64,000 nucleotides of DNA from Daphnia carinata (lineage: Eukaryota): the NCBI RefSeq assembly GCF_022539665.2, contig NC_081331.1, forward strand, positions 4,774,001-4,838,000, written 5' to 3'. Below, in pieces: positions 36,458 to 51,894 of this stretch (the first letter of the stretch is position 1; every line of letters starts with the position of its first letter). The notes under the pieces are model-generated. The model was not told the DNA's origin and made no database searches. It worked only from the letters and a program-made list of their open reading frames with translations. Both the position numbers and the translations under genes were made by a program.

Positions 36458-37898
36458 AAAAAAACACGAGATGGAAAGTGTGGCGTCACGTGAGTCCGCT
36501 CATTTGCTATTGTCTGCTAGTCGGCTACGAGGACGTTAAACCTGCACACGCACAATGAGGACCCCTCAGAGCTCGATGCAAATACGTACGATAATGTGAA
36601 GAAAGACTTTTAAGGAAATATACAAACAGGGAAGAAATAAAAATGGAGTTCACGTGATGATGACGTTTCATTTAGGTCGACAGAAACGATAGAAGGACAA
36701 CCACATCAAGCAAACGCAACCAGATGTTTATCTGATAGATGTCGACGAAACGGGAAGCGGGCGAGGACATTGGGCCCACATTCTTCGTGATTTTTTTTTT
36801 TTTTTTTTTTTTTCAACTTAATTTTCAAGGGAAAAATGCCACATTTTTTTTTTTTTTTTTCGTGTGAGCCTATTGTTTCCCTCCCCCGCCGCATTCGTTT
36901 TTACTATTGTATCTACAAAAAGAAAACCCAGAGCATGTTGTGTTCGTTCGTCAATATCACAAGCATCGATTTTTATATCCTCCCTCAAAAGACGGGAGAA
37001 ATAAAAAGCAAAAAAAAACGAACGAAAGGTAGGAACAAGAAAAAAGATTGTAATCAGACGCGACGCTGGAGGTATGTTCGCTCGACATCATGACACACAC
37101 ACACACACACACACACACAAGCCATCGTATGAAATCAGACCGAAAAGAGAGAGACATAAAGAGAGGCAGAGGTCTATACTTTCTCTTTACATTTTCAGAT
37201 GTATTTGTTTTTTGTTTTGTTTTGTTTTGAAACGTCGGTACTTTGGCCAGTTGCAAGAGACGACCGCCATGTGCACGACTTTTGTCCACCGGGTCGCCCC
37301 GTTTCTTTAAAAAAAAAAAAAAAAAATCTAAGATCGAAATGATCGTGCCACCAACAAAGCGTCGTCGTCGGTTGTTTTCTGTTTGGGGGCGGCTTGTCGC
37401 ACAGTCAATTTCCGACCCCCCGACCCCCCCTCAAAAAAGTTCACCTACTCCAATCGCTAGAGCGGCATTTGTTTTTCTCTTAAAAAAAGAAAATACGTTG
37501 ATGCTCTGTCATCGTCTCCGTGAAAAATATTAAAAAAAAAAAAAAAAAAAAAAAAGGGTCGCCATCATTTCCCACGCCCACTGATCCAGAACACCCCGAA
37601 AACTAACACACACACACACACACAGAATGAAAGAAAGAAAAGAATAATTCAATTTAAAAAAAAAAAAAAGGGAACCGAAAACGATAACAAATATCAGATT
37701 CTCCCAATCCCATTGACGTTTGTAAGAGGATGTGTCTATGAACCATTTGCGTGTTCCATCGTGAAAGAAAACAAGAGACAACGAAAACAAAAGGATGCCG
37801 GCCCCAGAAGTTCGTTTTTCTTTCTCTTTCGATCAATGTCTTTAAGGAGGAAAGATAAAAGAAGTTTGCGACCGAAGTCGATTAATAGTTTAAAACAC

Positions 37899-37930
<32 letters not shown>

Positions 37931-40900
37931 GGGGGAAATGCATCGGACAATTTCCGGCCGGTCGGATTTCCGCTCCCACGCGCAAAACGTTGGGCCCGTT
38001 TGTCTTGGCTCTACTTCTTCACTTGTGAACGAGGATAGCGAGTCGGCGTGATGCAAGACGCCCAACAGCCATTTCCTTCCTTCCGCTTTTGATTATTAAC
38101 ATTTCCTCAATGCTCTTCCCTATTTTCTTTCACCATCAAGCATTTTTCGAAAAAAAAAAAAAAAAAGGGACAATCCGATTTCGAGGTAAACATGTCGGCA
38201 TCTTAAAACAGGCAGATAAGAGTCCCGCGGCTATTAAAAAAAAAATGGCATTCCCTTGATTCGATATCCATTTCTTTTGCATCGTGAGAAAGATTTCAAA
38301 AATACTTGTCATTCTTTTAATTCGACTGAGCATGTGGCCATCGAACTCCTATTCAATTGATGATTTGTTCGCGTCAATTGGTTCCACTGCGGCGAGGCTA
38401 ATGTGATTAGAACCAAAGTCGAACGTTCTCTTGGGGATAGTAGAAAAAAGAAATCAAACCTCATTTTTTTTTTGTATGTGTTTACCTTCTTTGTTTTCGT
38501 GCGCTTCCCGACTTCCGCCTCTTACACACAAATATTAAACCCGAACCTCCCCCCCCTCTCCCCCAAACACACACACGAACAGGTGTCAAACGGGGTCTCG
38601 TATAGACAACAGTCGTGAATAATAGACGAACCAGAAAGATTTCGTCAACAGATGCTCGGAATCATTTTTCTTTTCATTCAATTTTATTTTCGATTATTTT
38701 TTATTGTATTATTTTTTTTTTTTTTTGTCTTTCCTTTTTGTGTGTGTCTGTGTGTGTTGGCGTAGACTCGACAGGTCTCCGACCGAGGACAAAACGTGAT
38801 CAAGCAATAGGCTTTTCTTTTAATTTTGGTTAACACGCCACGTTAAACGTAATGATAATCACAACAAAAAAAAAAAAGGGAAAGAAAAAAAAAAAAAAAA
38901 AAAAAAAAAAGAAACCCAAAAACCCAGGGTAAATAGATTTTGACTGGAAAATCCATGACTGCTTCGCACCTTTTGTTCGCGTTCGGAGCGCTCTACATAA
39001 CCATTGAATTTCAGGACTTTTTCCTTTTTCCTTCCGTTTTTTGTTGCCTTCTTCAAGATGTTTTCGGGCTCCCTACGGTTATACACTTTGTGTATGTACA
39101 CATTATTGTGTAAAGGTAAAAAAAAAAAAAAAAAGAAAAAAAGGAAAAAAAAGAAGAGGGACGAAGGGAGCGTTGTAAATAAAAGATAACAATTACCAGT
39201 GAAAAAAAAAAAAATCAAATAACAAGAGAATCCCCACCGTCCTATTCGAAACTGTGAAAAGAGGTCGTGAGTCTTTATGCTCCCGCGTTAAGAAAAAAAT
39301 AATAAAGGGGGGACTCGGTGAGCGCGTCTCTCTAGCAAAACAACACACACAACAGCTCAGAGGTATATACAGTGCAGCCAAACAATATAACGAGAAGCTG
39401 CTTCTTTTTTTTGGTTAGGTCGACGATTCGAAACATACAAAGTGTAAACTGAGAAAATAAATAAAAATGTAGAATTCATCCCTGTTCAATTAAAGGAAAA
39501 AAAAACAAAAAAACAACCCAAAACAGGTACGCAAATCAAATAGAAAACAATAGAAGCGCTTCTTCTTCTTCTTCTACAAAAATAAAGCCAAACAAATCCA
39601 TTTCGTCCCGCTGTTTTATCAATGCTCGACTCGCAGCACAGAGTCCGTCGTCAACAAGAATGAAAGACACCACGATTTTGATTCCGTCCTCGTCTGCTCA
39701 CCCTCTTCTTTTTTGTGCGTGTGTGTGTGCGAGTGAATGTGTGGACATTTTTTTTTTTTTTTTTTTTTTTTCGAGGATGATGTTGCGCTCCCGATTTAAT
39801 TTTCAAAACCAGCTATTATTCACCGCAACTGAAGACGAATGAAAGACGCAACAAAAGAGCGCACAGGTAGCAGCGCACAGAAAATTGAATATAAGAAACG
39901 CTCTTCTCTCTTTTGATTCTTCATTTTTCTTCCTGTTACTCGAATTTTTTTTTTTTTTCTTTTTAAAAAATTATTCCTTCTACATTATACGCTTTTCTTC
40001 TTTTTTTTTTTTTTTTTTTTGAAACGGGCCGGGTCCAACAATATCACCGATGACGCAAATAGACCAAACAAAACGTGTCAAACCGAGAGTTGAACAACAA
40101 ACGGAGTTTTGAGTCCGTCCTGTTTGGAAACGGGCTGAAAAAAAAACAAAACAAAAAAAACCTGAAGCTATTTGTCAATCTTTGAAGTTTTTGGTGTTGA
40201 AGGAAAAAACGTCACAACATTGACAACACCAACCGTCCACATTTTAAAAATCCGAGTTTCTGTAAAGATCAAGTTTAACAATACGCCTTTTATCACTGTG
40301 AAAATTGTTGTACTCTTTTTGAATACGGGTGCGGGAATGATGTCCATTTCTTTCAACTGGCACGTTAAAAACGTCAAAACGCAGGAGCTAATGGATCAGA
40401 GACGTGACATCAGAGAGATACAAGAATTTCATTTTCTGTATACGACACACACACAACAAAAAGACGAGATGAAACTTGCCGGAGAAATCAGCCATGTAAA
40501 CAAATCCTCTATCGGACATGGAGAACTATAATAGATAAGCTTCTTATTCATCTGGCAGATGTGATTTATTGTCCTGTCCGGCATTGATAAAAGAAAAAAA
40601 AAAGACTTGCAGCCAACACAGTCCCGAACTGCATTGGATAAAAAAAAAAAAAAGAAGGGACATGTGTAGGCTTTAAGTTCGATAGCAAAAAAAAAAAAAA
40701 TACATCAAGAATAATCTGGGCCAGAGATTTGTTTCAAGTTCGGGATTCAACGACGCGCTACAATTATTACAGACGACGGTCGTTGTGATTGCCACAAATC
40801 AGTGGCCCCTTCAACATCAAAAAGCATCAAAGATAAAAAAAAAACGATGCAATAGGCAAACAAGCATGTCGACTTGCAGCCAACTTTCCTCCGTTTCATC

Positions 40901-43900
40901 CTCAGACATGACACGCTCACACAAATAATAAGAATTATAGTCTACATATATTTACGAATGCCATAGCTAAACAAACAATAGATTCGTATACGAACTCGCT
41001 GTGTACACGATTTGTCTTATTTGTTTTTTTTTCTGTTGTTCTTTTATTGCCTATCTTTTCATTGATTCCAATTGTGTAGTTGAGAACCTTTGACGTCGTC
41101 TCCCCACATAAATCCGAGACGCTCCGCTATTTCTTTTTTTTTTTTTTTTATCGAGTGACGTCGTTTTGTATTGTATTTTTTTTTCTGCTTACTACTGGCT
41201 TTCGTGAATGAGATGCTGACGCAATGGGCCGTTGCCGTACGTATTCCCCCTAATGTGTAGATACACAAGCAGCACACTCCGCGCTTCCGGAAGCAATGCA
41301 GGAAGGACGCAAACTATCTTTCCCCTGACTTTATTATTTATTTTATTTCGATTTGCCCCTCGCGACAATCTCTTCAAAGTCAACATCCGCCAAAAATTAC
41401 GGTCACAGAGTTCGCAATAAAACTATGATCCTCCCCCCCCCACCCCCCTCCCCGCCATTTTTCTTCGCAAACTGCAATACACGTCAGCGTAGCATTGCAC
41501 ACACAAAGAAAAAGGAACCGGAATTTCAATTCCAAATCGACTTTAAATTACCGCCCTCACATCTTTTCAATCTTTTCTTGACACGGCGATCGTCTCCGTT
41601 TTGTACATACATTCACATCGCTAGCGCAAAACCCCAAAAAAAATGAAATCATGGGCAAGTGAATTTGCGGTACACGTTCCGCAAAAAACCAAAATAAAAA
41701 AAAAAAGCAAGTCTAAGGATTTGCACCAGATGATGTTAGCACTCACGTGTCCAACTGAAGCCATACATCAAGCCGAAAACGACGACGCTAAAGCGTGAAG
41801 ATGTAACGTGTCGCTACTTGTAATCTTAGACACGTTACATGAGCACGGAAAGTGACGAAAGCAAAAAAAAAAAAAAAAAACAAAAAAAAAAAACAAAGCC
41901 ACATCAGCCGTCACGTCGGCCAGAGCTAATCCGACGTGCTGGGGCAACGCATGGCTGGCAGAGCATTGGCATAAGTCGAAACGGTAACAAATACAGAAAA
42001 CAGAAAATGAAAACTAAATAAAAAACAAAAAATGGTTAATGACAAAGGGGAAAAAACAAAAAATGGATCCAAAAAAGACAACATTTCAAAAATAGGCTTG
42101 GCTTGATGGGCCGTTCTTTGCTACCAACAACGCAACACGTAAGATCCCTGTTGTGAAGGTTGGACGTCTACTCCTCTTAAAAAGAGTCAAGCTATTAGCA
42201 ACAACGCGTGTTGTGCTAACGTATTGGGGAAATTGAACGAGAGAGAGAGAGAGAGAAATGAGCAGTTGAATGGGGATAGAAATAAAAAAAAAAAAAAAAA
42301 AAAAGGAAGATACAGAACAAGTGGTAGACTGTCACAGGGCTATGCTTAGTTGACGCTCAACTCGACTGTTACGCACGCGTCCGGGCGCATGCCGGACGTT
42401 CTCTGTGAAACGGACGCTCGCTTGATTAGCAAAGTGGACAAGCGAAACGGCCGATACTGTTGTCTATACCCCATTGTTTTTTCACGTTGCATTCGACAAG
42501 AGAAACCCACCAACACTTGACGCTGTGCGGTACAAATTTATTTACTTTTTTTTTTTTCTTTCGAGTTATTGGATTAAAAAAAAAAAATAAAAACATGGCC
42601 GGAAAAGTGCTGGCTTTCTTTTTCGGGCACGCACAATTAAATAACGAGATTGTGAATTATCGCCAGACAGTCAAGCAGAGAAAAAAAACAAAAAACGACA
42701 AAGGCAAAACGATTGGTTTAATGAATAGCTGGCACATCTTTTTACGCACCCCACCCCGCACCCCCATGGCGCTTGATGTTCGATGAGCCCACACATCATC
42801 CACCAGCCGATACCGATTCAATTGAGAGACTACAATAGGATCGCGTTCTACAGCACGAAACCCTTCACATAAGAGTTCGTTAGCGCTGGCCAGTTCGATC
42901 TGGAAAGAAGAAGAAAAAAAAAATGAGAGGAGAAAAACCCTCAATCGGGTCGTGGAATTCGTCGGCTTTTCGTACAAATCAACATCCACAAACGTTCACT
43001 ACCAGTTTAGCTAGAATCAACTGCGTCGATAGCCACAATGTTCAGTTATACAAAAGGATCGAATGAAAAATGTACAATGACGACGGCAGCAGTTTTTTTT
43101 TTTTTTTTTTTTTGGGGGATTTAAGGAGAATTAATTAATAATAGAAGCGCGTACTTGATGCCCTTTTTCCGATACGTTGCCCAGTGTAAACGATTACAAT
43201 GGGCAAGGGTACTACGAAAACTTAAAAAAAAAGGGTTGATTAATGTAGGGTATGACATCGATGAGATAACAACCAACAAATGGGGCGGTGTGTTTCAAGG
43301 CAAGGTCGATGATCTTGCCCAGATTTATTGATGGGGGAATTGACAATGCGGCTATTCTAGTAGGATGGCATTTGTAAATACATTAATCGAAAAGAAAAAA
43401 AAAATGTTTAGAAGCCAACAAAAAAAAAAAAAAAAAGGAATAGATTGAAAAGCGAGTGGGTTGAACACAATCAATTGACCAGGATACAAAAGTCGAACCC
43501 AACGTCCCCCCCCCCCCCCCCGACTAACAAAACCAAACAAAAATTGAGTCCTACTGTCTAACGCACTCATCGAGACCATCCCTGTTTTGTTTCAAAAAGC
43601 AAAAACCATTCACCGGTTAAAAAAAAAAAACAAAAGACAAAGTCAATAAAATATTTGTTTAAAAAACCAAACCAAAAAAAAAAAAAAAACTAAGTTTATC
43701 TAAAGCTTTCCATTTCCTGCGAATCAGAATAAACAAATAGTAAATTCAATGTAATTATTTATTTATTCCGTCCTCCACATTTTTCGTCCCCAGAGATTTT
43801 GTGTTTAGTTTCAAACGTACAGGTGCTGGCCGATTTCTGTCGATGGGATGCGTCTTTTCGCTCAATCATAACGTAATAATAATAACAATAACTGACAAGG

Positions 43901-43990
43901 CGGCCAGCTATTTCTTCCGACAGTCCATCGTGTCAATTTTCGTACGTCATCGTTTTCTATCACACGCATAGCCGCCCCGGAATTTATTTG

Positions 43991-43992
<2 letters not shown>

Positions 43993-44022
<30 letters not shown>
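43993..44022. repeat. (AC)n microsatellite, about 15 units
   Basis: Read directly. Confidence 0.85.
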
Positions 44023-44027
<5 letters not shown>

Positions 44028-47000
44028 CAACCAAAGGGAGTAGCAAGTGCGCGTGAAAGAGAGTTGAGAGCCCACCGTCACTCTTTTCCTCTACATCGAT
44101 GATGACGACGATGATGATCGGCTATCGCGTTAGCTTCTTACAGTTTTATATCGTCAACATTAGACGGCCGGCGACGCAGAACAAAGTATTAAGACGCTAA
44201 CAACAGCGGCGATATTAGAATAACATTACGCAATACTTCTTCTTTACGAATGCTTATATTGTAGATGAAAGACGGCGATATCGTGCTACTCCCTTTGTGT
44301 CTATACAATGTCTCGCCTGACTAAACGTCCAATTCTGGCCTCAAGTCCAACGCACCAGATTTAATAGACATGAAAAAAAAAAAAAAAATAAGAATAAAAG
44401 AATGTGAAGAAATGCGTGATGCTGGGTAGGCGGGAGAACATTTTCCACAGGGGATTTTTTTGTGTCGAAAGGGATGAATCAAAAATGAAAGGTCTTCGCC
44501 ATGATTGTATAGGACTACCCATATTTTATAGGGATGCGTTACCCAATGTCACGGGGTACGAAGACAAAAACAAAAGGTGCGGACATAACACGGATAACCT
44601 GGCAAGGCCTACGTAAAGCTTGACTGCTCGTCCAGTTCTTAATGGTTAGCTCATCGTTCCGCATTAAGCTTCATTAACAAAACTACCGTTCAAAACAAAA
44701 CAAAAAAAAATGGGCTACCTCCAAACGACTTTGTCTTTTATCTTGATATGATTTTGACCTTCCCTAGAATCTTCTCAATTGCCTAGCAATCAATCAAAAT
44801 ATTAGAATTCCAATTTATTACTGAAAAGCACTCAATTTTTGTTTTTACTGCGATTTTAATGTTTAAAAAAAAAAAAAAAAACTGGAATGTGCTAACAAAT
44901 AACTCGCCAATGTGCAACACCGAAACTAAAGTGGTTGAAAAAAAAGGGAATTTTGAGACGACGATCATCTTCACCCTACGGCATCCACAACAAGTCCAGC
45001 AAAAAGAAATAAAATTAAAAAAAAACAAACAAAAAAAACATAAGAAACGGAGAGATGCATGGGGCAAGAAAGAGTCATCAGCATGTAACAGAGAGAGTTG
45101 AAAACATGTCGTAAAAAAAAAAAAAAAAAAACAACAAAAAAAAAAAAAAAAAAAAAGAAAGGCAAATTCTTGCGGAGCGATATGGATCGGTACTTTCGAT
45201 TCGCTTTTTGACTCCGACTCGCCCCCCACAAAACAAAAAAAAAATCCAAACCCCTTTACCATTTTGCCGATGCCACGACAGCTTTAAAAAAATATATATA
45301 TATATATATTTAAAGGGGAAAAAGGTCGTTAAGAATTTCGAGTGGTAGCGAACATCTTCTTTCAACAGCAACAGTCGCCAAGCGATATATATACACCATA
45401 TAAAACAAAACGAAAGACAGTGGAAGCCACTCGGATGTTTTTAGGCTAGAAGGAAATGGCATTCAAAAAGAAGAAGAAGAAGAAGAAAAAAAAAAAAACA
45501 GATTGCATTCGTCCTATAGGCCAAAATAACAAACTCTAATCATTTGAATCAAGGAAAAAAGGAAAGAATAATTTGTTTTTGTTTTTTTTTTTCTTAAAGA
45601 AAACGTCCCTTTTCCTTACGACGACTGCAAAAAGATAGAACCGACATTTACGTTAGCGATTATCTATATATGCCGAGTCGTCCGTGAGTGGACCACCATC
45701 GCCGATCTGCCTCTCTCTCTCTCTCTCGTTGACGACTTCCTTGATGACGGAATGAACTCTACGTTAAAAACTCACGTAGACATCACCAAAACGAAAAAGA
45801 TTTTTCTTTTTGCTTAAACAAAATAAGATGGATATGCTTTAGTATCAAACGATAACGAGAGGCTTTCGTGCCTGTTTCTCATAATATTTTTTTTTTTTTT
45901 CAAGATCAAAGGACATCCTTTGAATTTGGTATACCCGGTGAAGACCCTCTCGAATATGTAAATGCGAAATGAAAAGAAAGTCCAGTTCAACGGACGGAGT
46001 AAACCGCGTTGACCTGGGCCCAACATTTACTCTCCGTTGGACGTTTTATGAATAGTGAATGTACACAATATTACGTGGTCGTTCTTTTAAAAAAAAAAAA
46101 AAAAAAAAGAGAACGTAAACAGATACGACTACAAGAGGCAAACGTGTTTCGCCACGCTGACTGTACACTCCCGCTCGCTACACGAAAGAGGTGGTGGACT
46201 CTTCTTCCTCTTTTTCAACGTCCTTTTTTTTTTTTCTAGTTAAATCATTTTAAAGAAAACACTCGATCGTTGAACCCCTCCATCTTTAATTTGATTGACG
46301 TCGTCTTTCTTACAGTGCGTCTCGCTCGCACATCACAATAGAGTCAGTGGCTTTACATTTTTCAAAATTAAGAATGGCGATACGAAAAAAAGAGCAGGGG
46401 GAGGGGGGAACCTCTGCGGGATTTCCGGCGGATTTTTTTTTCCTCTGGCCGAAGAACCGGGCGTTCGTGAAAAGGGAAGGAAACATTATCAGTCCCCCCC
46501 CCTCAAAGTTGTGATGGTTGCGGCTGTGCGTATCATACGTGGCTAGATGCGTGAGCTTACGTAAGAAGAACGAGAGAAAATGGATACGACATAAGAACAA
46601 CGAGAAGGGGGAAAGAAAACAGAGGGGACGTTGAAAATGTGGAAACAAGGTGCGTTACAGGTGAGTCGCCAAGCGAAACATCTCGGCACACACACACACA
46701 CACACACACACACGACGCGCGTTCACATTTCGATTCCGTCCTCCACATTTTTCTTGATTCTTTTATGCGCTCACGTTTCCTACGACTCTCGTCCTATTCG
46801 TTTTCTCTGTTTTCTCTTCGCTTTTTTTTTCTTGTTTAAACAAGTTTGAATACAATCCATCCGCCATTTAACGAGAGTAAAAAATAAAAAAGGAAAAACT
46901 TAAGAATAAAAAAAAAAAATCGGCTTGTCGACTTTTAAACGTCACACGTCCACAACTGCACCTGGTAAACACGACACGCCATCATCCATTCTTCTTTTCA

Positions 47001-50000
47001 TTTATTCCTACTCTTGCCTTCAACAACTGCTTCCGATTAACCAATAAAAACGGAGCATACGCGTGCCGAAGGCCGGACGTGAAACTCTTCGCATTTCCTC
47101 CATTTTTCGTGCCTGATTTTTCTTTCCGTTTTTTTTTTTTTTTTTTCTCTTTTCCTGCAAATGAAGATTCTATCCTTGTGCTCGATTTTGATTACCAGAC
47201 GAATGAAACGAGAGAAGTAAAAATAAAATAAAAAAAAAAAAAAAAAAAGGGAAACAAAACTTGTCGCAATAAAGAAAACCCCCCCCCCCCCCCCCCCCCA
47301 CAGTGTGGAAGACGGCAGTTGTTGCCCACCTGCAAGCCGCTACCATTTTTTTTTTTTTTTTTCGTGAAATTTCAAAGTGGTGTTCTCTCTTATTTCACTA
47401 GCCATGTACCCCTCCCCCCTGCAACTCTCTCGCTCATTCTGCGGCCGGCCCTCGTCAGTATTAACGTCGGCCGTTTCGCTGCGTTGCGTTCAGGCTCCTT
47501 GAAGAAAAGAAACACGTCCACTGGCACACACACACACACACACACATGTAAGTAACAACCTCCCATCCAAAAAAGAAACAAAAAAAAAAAAAAAAAAAAG
47601 AAAAACTCCCACACTATATTTTCAGAGTGTGTATAGATGGGGGAGGAGGAGGAGTTGAGCCTGTGCGCAATTGCTATTTTACTACATTGCCTAGCTGTTG
47701 CTATTGACGTGTGCTCCCGTTCTGTTCCTCTCGACTGTCCCTAACATAACAGACGTCCGATTGCCACACACACACACACGCACACACACAAAAAAAAAAA
47801 AAAGAAACCTTGAAAATAAATAAATAAATAAATAAAAATTTTGGGTATGAAAACTTTCCCTCCATCGAAACACCAATACAAATGGCAATCAACTCTTACC
47901 ATTTTTTTTTTTTTTTCAAAAATTCCCCCCCCCCCCCGCAATGTGGATGTACCAAGAATAAGAGAGTCTCGTCTGTTCAACAGTAGTTTGTGGACTTTGT
48001 GAAAGAGTTAAGGACGTCCGGTTGCGTCAATAGAGGCGGTAGACACTTTGGTCCTCAAAAAAAAAAAAAAAAAAAGGAAAAATAGGCTAAGTAAGTATAA
48101 CTATCTAGCGCAAGTATTGATGCACGCGTAAGTCTCTCGATCACTTCAAAGTGGACACTTCAAAAAGATTCGTGAATAATGCACAAGTTCGAAATGAGGG
48201 GGAGACTCGAAAGAGAGAAAACGGACCGACTGTCTGAACGCGTTCGAAAACGTGATGGAAAGAAACAAGTCGAGCAGCGCACGAGTTCCAAACAAAGTCA
48301 AGTGACCGAAGAGAAGAGTAGCTAAAATTTGCTGTCACTTTCAAAGTAGAAGAGTTTCCTCCCCAACTACGTCCGGATGCAATCCTTTTGAAAAAAAAAA
48401 AAAAAAAAAGTTCAATATCCGGTAATGACCCCAAAGAAAACAACCCATCGCTCCCCTCTACCCCCCCCACCCCCCACCCCCCCCAAAAAAAACGCGTGCC
48501 TATTTTTCTTTTATCACGAGATGATATTCAAAAGAAGTCGTTAACATGCAATCAAAATAAAAACAAATCCATTTCCAATAATAATTTTAAAAAAAGATTT
48601 AAAAAACAATCTCGCTATAACACACACACACACACGAGTACACTAAACCGATCTTTATTCAGCCATCACGAGTATAGTACTTCATATTTGTTCGCGACGC
48701 TGGGCTGCATCTTCAACGGCCGGGAAAGGTGTGCGGCACCGTTTACGAAATAAATGCCACACGCAGAAGAAAAAAAACAGATAGGAGGCGCGCGCGTGCC
48801 AACAGTTTTCTTATATATATATATATATATAGACAACGGGTTGCCCGTCATTAAACGCCATGAATGGAATGAGAAGAAACGAGACATGTCTTATGGGCCG
48901 AGCTGCTGCACCACACAGTCCCATACAGTAAAAAACTGTATGGCCGACGGAGCGGACCCGACGCGCGAGAAAAAAAACAAAACAAAACAAACGAGAGTGA
49001 AACGATCAAGCGTAGTTTCATTCTTTATGGTGGATGTACAGAAAAAGGCTGGGCAAAGAGCGCAGAGAAATATGAAACGCCATATGATATAGTTTGTCGG
49101 CTCCATTTAGCGTGTAAAATCTCTTTTCCCTCTCGTGCGCTGCCGCCACCGCCTCTCTCGCCGCGCATCCTCGCATCTCTGACCAAGGATGACAAAACTA
49201 AAGAGGCTTTTTACTTGTTCTCGCTGTCCATCTAACAAACATTTACGATAGAGACGGTATTGTACGTTAGCCAGCAGCTCCTATCCTCTCGAAAAGAAAA
49301 TAAATCCCTAAATTCACACCTTCCCCCCCTTTTTTTTTTCTTTTTAAACTGGGCGCAAAAGATGCGGAACAAAAAACATCCAAAATAACAAAAACAAAAA
49401 AAGGGACAAACAAAATCATTGACAAAAGGTATGAACAATGTCGCTTTTATAAACCGTTAGGCCTAAATAGGTGCGTTATGAAAGAGGTTGTAAACAGGAA
49501 AAGGTGACAATTGATATCCACGTTGCTGAAACGGGCCAGTGTGTCCAGCCGACCCCGAATGGATGGATGACAGATTTTGTTTGTTTTTTTTCATTGATGA
49601 AACAAGACATGAAAACGCGGCAACCGTGTGCAACCAGAAAGCCGAATCAATAAGGCTTAACGTGTCATGCTCCGACATGCTCGTTTAAGAGCGCATTAAC
49701 AATTACAAACAGGAAAACACATACAAAACATTGTAGTAAAAAAAAAAAATGGAAGAGGGGGGAACTCATCGGCTCGTTTGCTCATCTGATGGCAAACCGA
49801 TCGGTTCGATTTCATCGAGCAGATCATCAAAAGCTTTTTTTTTTTTTTTTTTTTTTTTTTCTTTCGCCCCTTTTCCAGCTCGTTAATTTGCACAAAACGA
49901 CAACCGAGAAACGAATGAAAAGACTTTGAATCGGCGGTTTGGTTCGTTTACTCCAATTCGTTTGCTAAAATCAATGGCGCATTCGTCGTCAACTCTGAGA

Positions 50001-51862
50001 TCCCGCAGTTTTAGGCCTAGCAACGTCTAAAACTACGGGATCGCTTAACGAGTAGTTCCATTGAGGAAAACGAAAAAAATCAAGACAAAATTCAGAGACA
50101 TTCGAAACCGAGGATTCGGCAGACGAGAAAGAAGGGATGCGTTGAATGTGGGTGAAAATGCTAAAGAGAAAACGTAAAAGTGCTCTTCTTGTTTCAATTC
50201 GATCACGCTATTATGGCTATATAACAGAGAAAATGGAGAGAATGGAGCAACAACAACAACAACAAAAAAAAAGTCGTGGAACTCGTGGAATGTTTTCACG
50301 CACCACCAAAACCCTTCAATTTCAGTCATGTTTTGTTTTTGTGTTTCGTTTTCTTGTGACTATGCCATTCGATTTACCATTTTCAAACAAACAAAAAAAA
50401 AAAAAAAAAAAAAAAAAAAAGGACGAAAAACAAAATACCATCAAAGACGATGACAGTTGCTGTTCCAGGGCGTATGGGTACGAATATCGAGCCCAGCAGC
50501 CGGAACGAATGAATACGCGACCTATCATCCTACAGGAAAAAAAACAAAGGGCTGCGATTCTCTTTTGTATCACGTAGACATTCTTTTTACCCTTCTGATC
50601 ACCCAACTCCAGTAGCTGAGGGGCCAACGATCTCGTCATTGATACGACAAACCAAAGAAGAAGAAAAAAAACAACAAAAAGTTCCAGTCGTATCAAAGAT
50701 CGCAAAGCCAAAAACGAAAAAAAAAAAAAAAAAAAAAAATAGGCCAAACTCTCGAGAAACAATTTCAATTATGTAGTTTTGTTCTCTTAAATATCGACTT
50801 CTGTCAAGAATCCTTTTTTCATTCCAGGCGACCCTCCAGCGAGCCGCAGTGTTAAAGTGCACCTGTTACGTAAAGAACGAGACGTACCGAACACCGATAA
50901 GGTTTTAACGATCTCGATAGAATTTCCATTTCCATTTCTTTTCTTTTTTTTTTCGCATACTTTCAAAGTTGGCCATGATTTGATATCACTGGGTTTTTTT
51001 TTTTAGCCATCCATTCAAACAAAAATGGTTCGACTCTTTTCTTCGAGACTTCCGCTTTTTTTTTTTTTTTAGGGAAAAAAAATGTAATAATTTATAATGG
51101 CAAATGAAAAAGGAATTGCGAACAAGAGAGTCCAATTAAGAAAAGAAAAGATCATTGTTCCGGTTTTGCTTGATAAAAAGGTTGAAAAAAAAACAACATT
51201 GGACGGTTCGGTATCGGATGGTAGGAGCCTAACAACGTCGGGTACCTTGAAATGAATAAAAACAACGCCCCCCCCCTTCAAAATGGCGCTGATGGAACAG
51301 AAAAGAGGCAGACATTTCAACATTTTGTTCGCGTTCCTCGTTGTTCATTTTCATCTTTAGCTTCTTTTTCTTGAAGAAGAATTCTACCAAAGACGTCGGC
51401 GCATTGGAACGCACTTGAAACAGACTGTGACATCATAATAAGTCGCTCATTATTGAGACTAGTTGACAACGTAAACGTCTCTGTAAACGACGGTAAGAAA
51501 ATGAAAAACGTCCGCAAATGACGAAAAGAGTAACATCAACTAGAGTTAAATGATTAACATCGCCGAAAAATGTTCACGCATAAAACTATGAATTTTTTTT
51601 TTTTTCCCAATTTCAGTTTTCTTCTATACACAAAACTCGTCCAATAATAATTTTAAAAAATGTATGTATATAAATACATTTTGCTGGTTTGCGACTTATC
51701 CCACAACCTTCGGCATGAATCGACATGCCGGAGAAATGTTAAAAAGAAAAAAAAAAAAAAAAAAAAAGAAAATACCCGAAATTCTCTGCGTTCCCATTGG
51801 GCGGCTTGACGTTAGCCAGTCATCAGCCTAGCTGTTTATGGATACATAAAGATTACGTTCGT

Positions 51863-51894
<32 letters not shown>

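Noticed and set aside
42378..51731. Short inverted repeats (CGTCCGG..CCGGACG at about 42380; CGGCATG..CATGCCG at about 51711) as miRNA or terminator hairpins
   Set aside because: Only about 7-bp stems, too short for pre-miRNA and within chance expectation.
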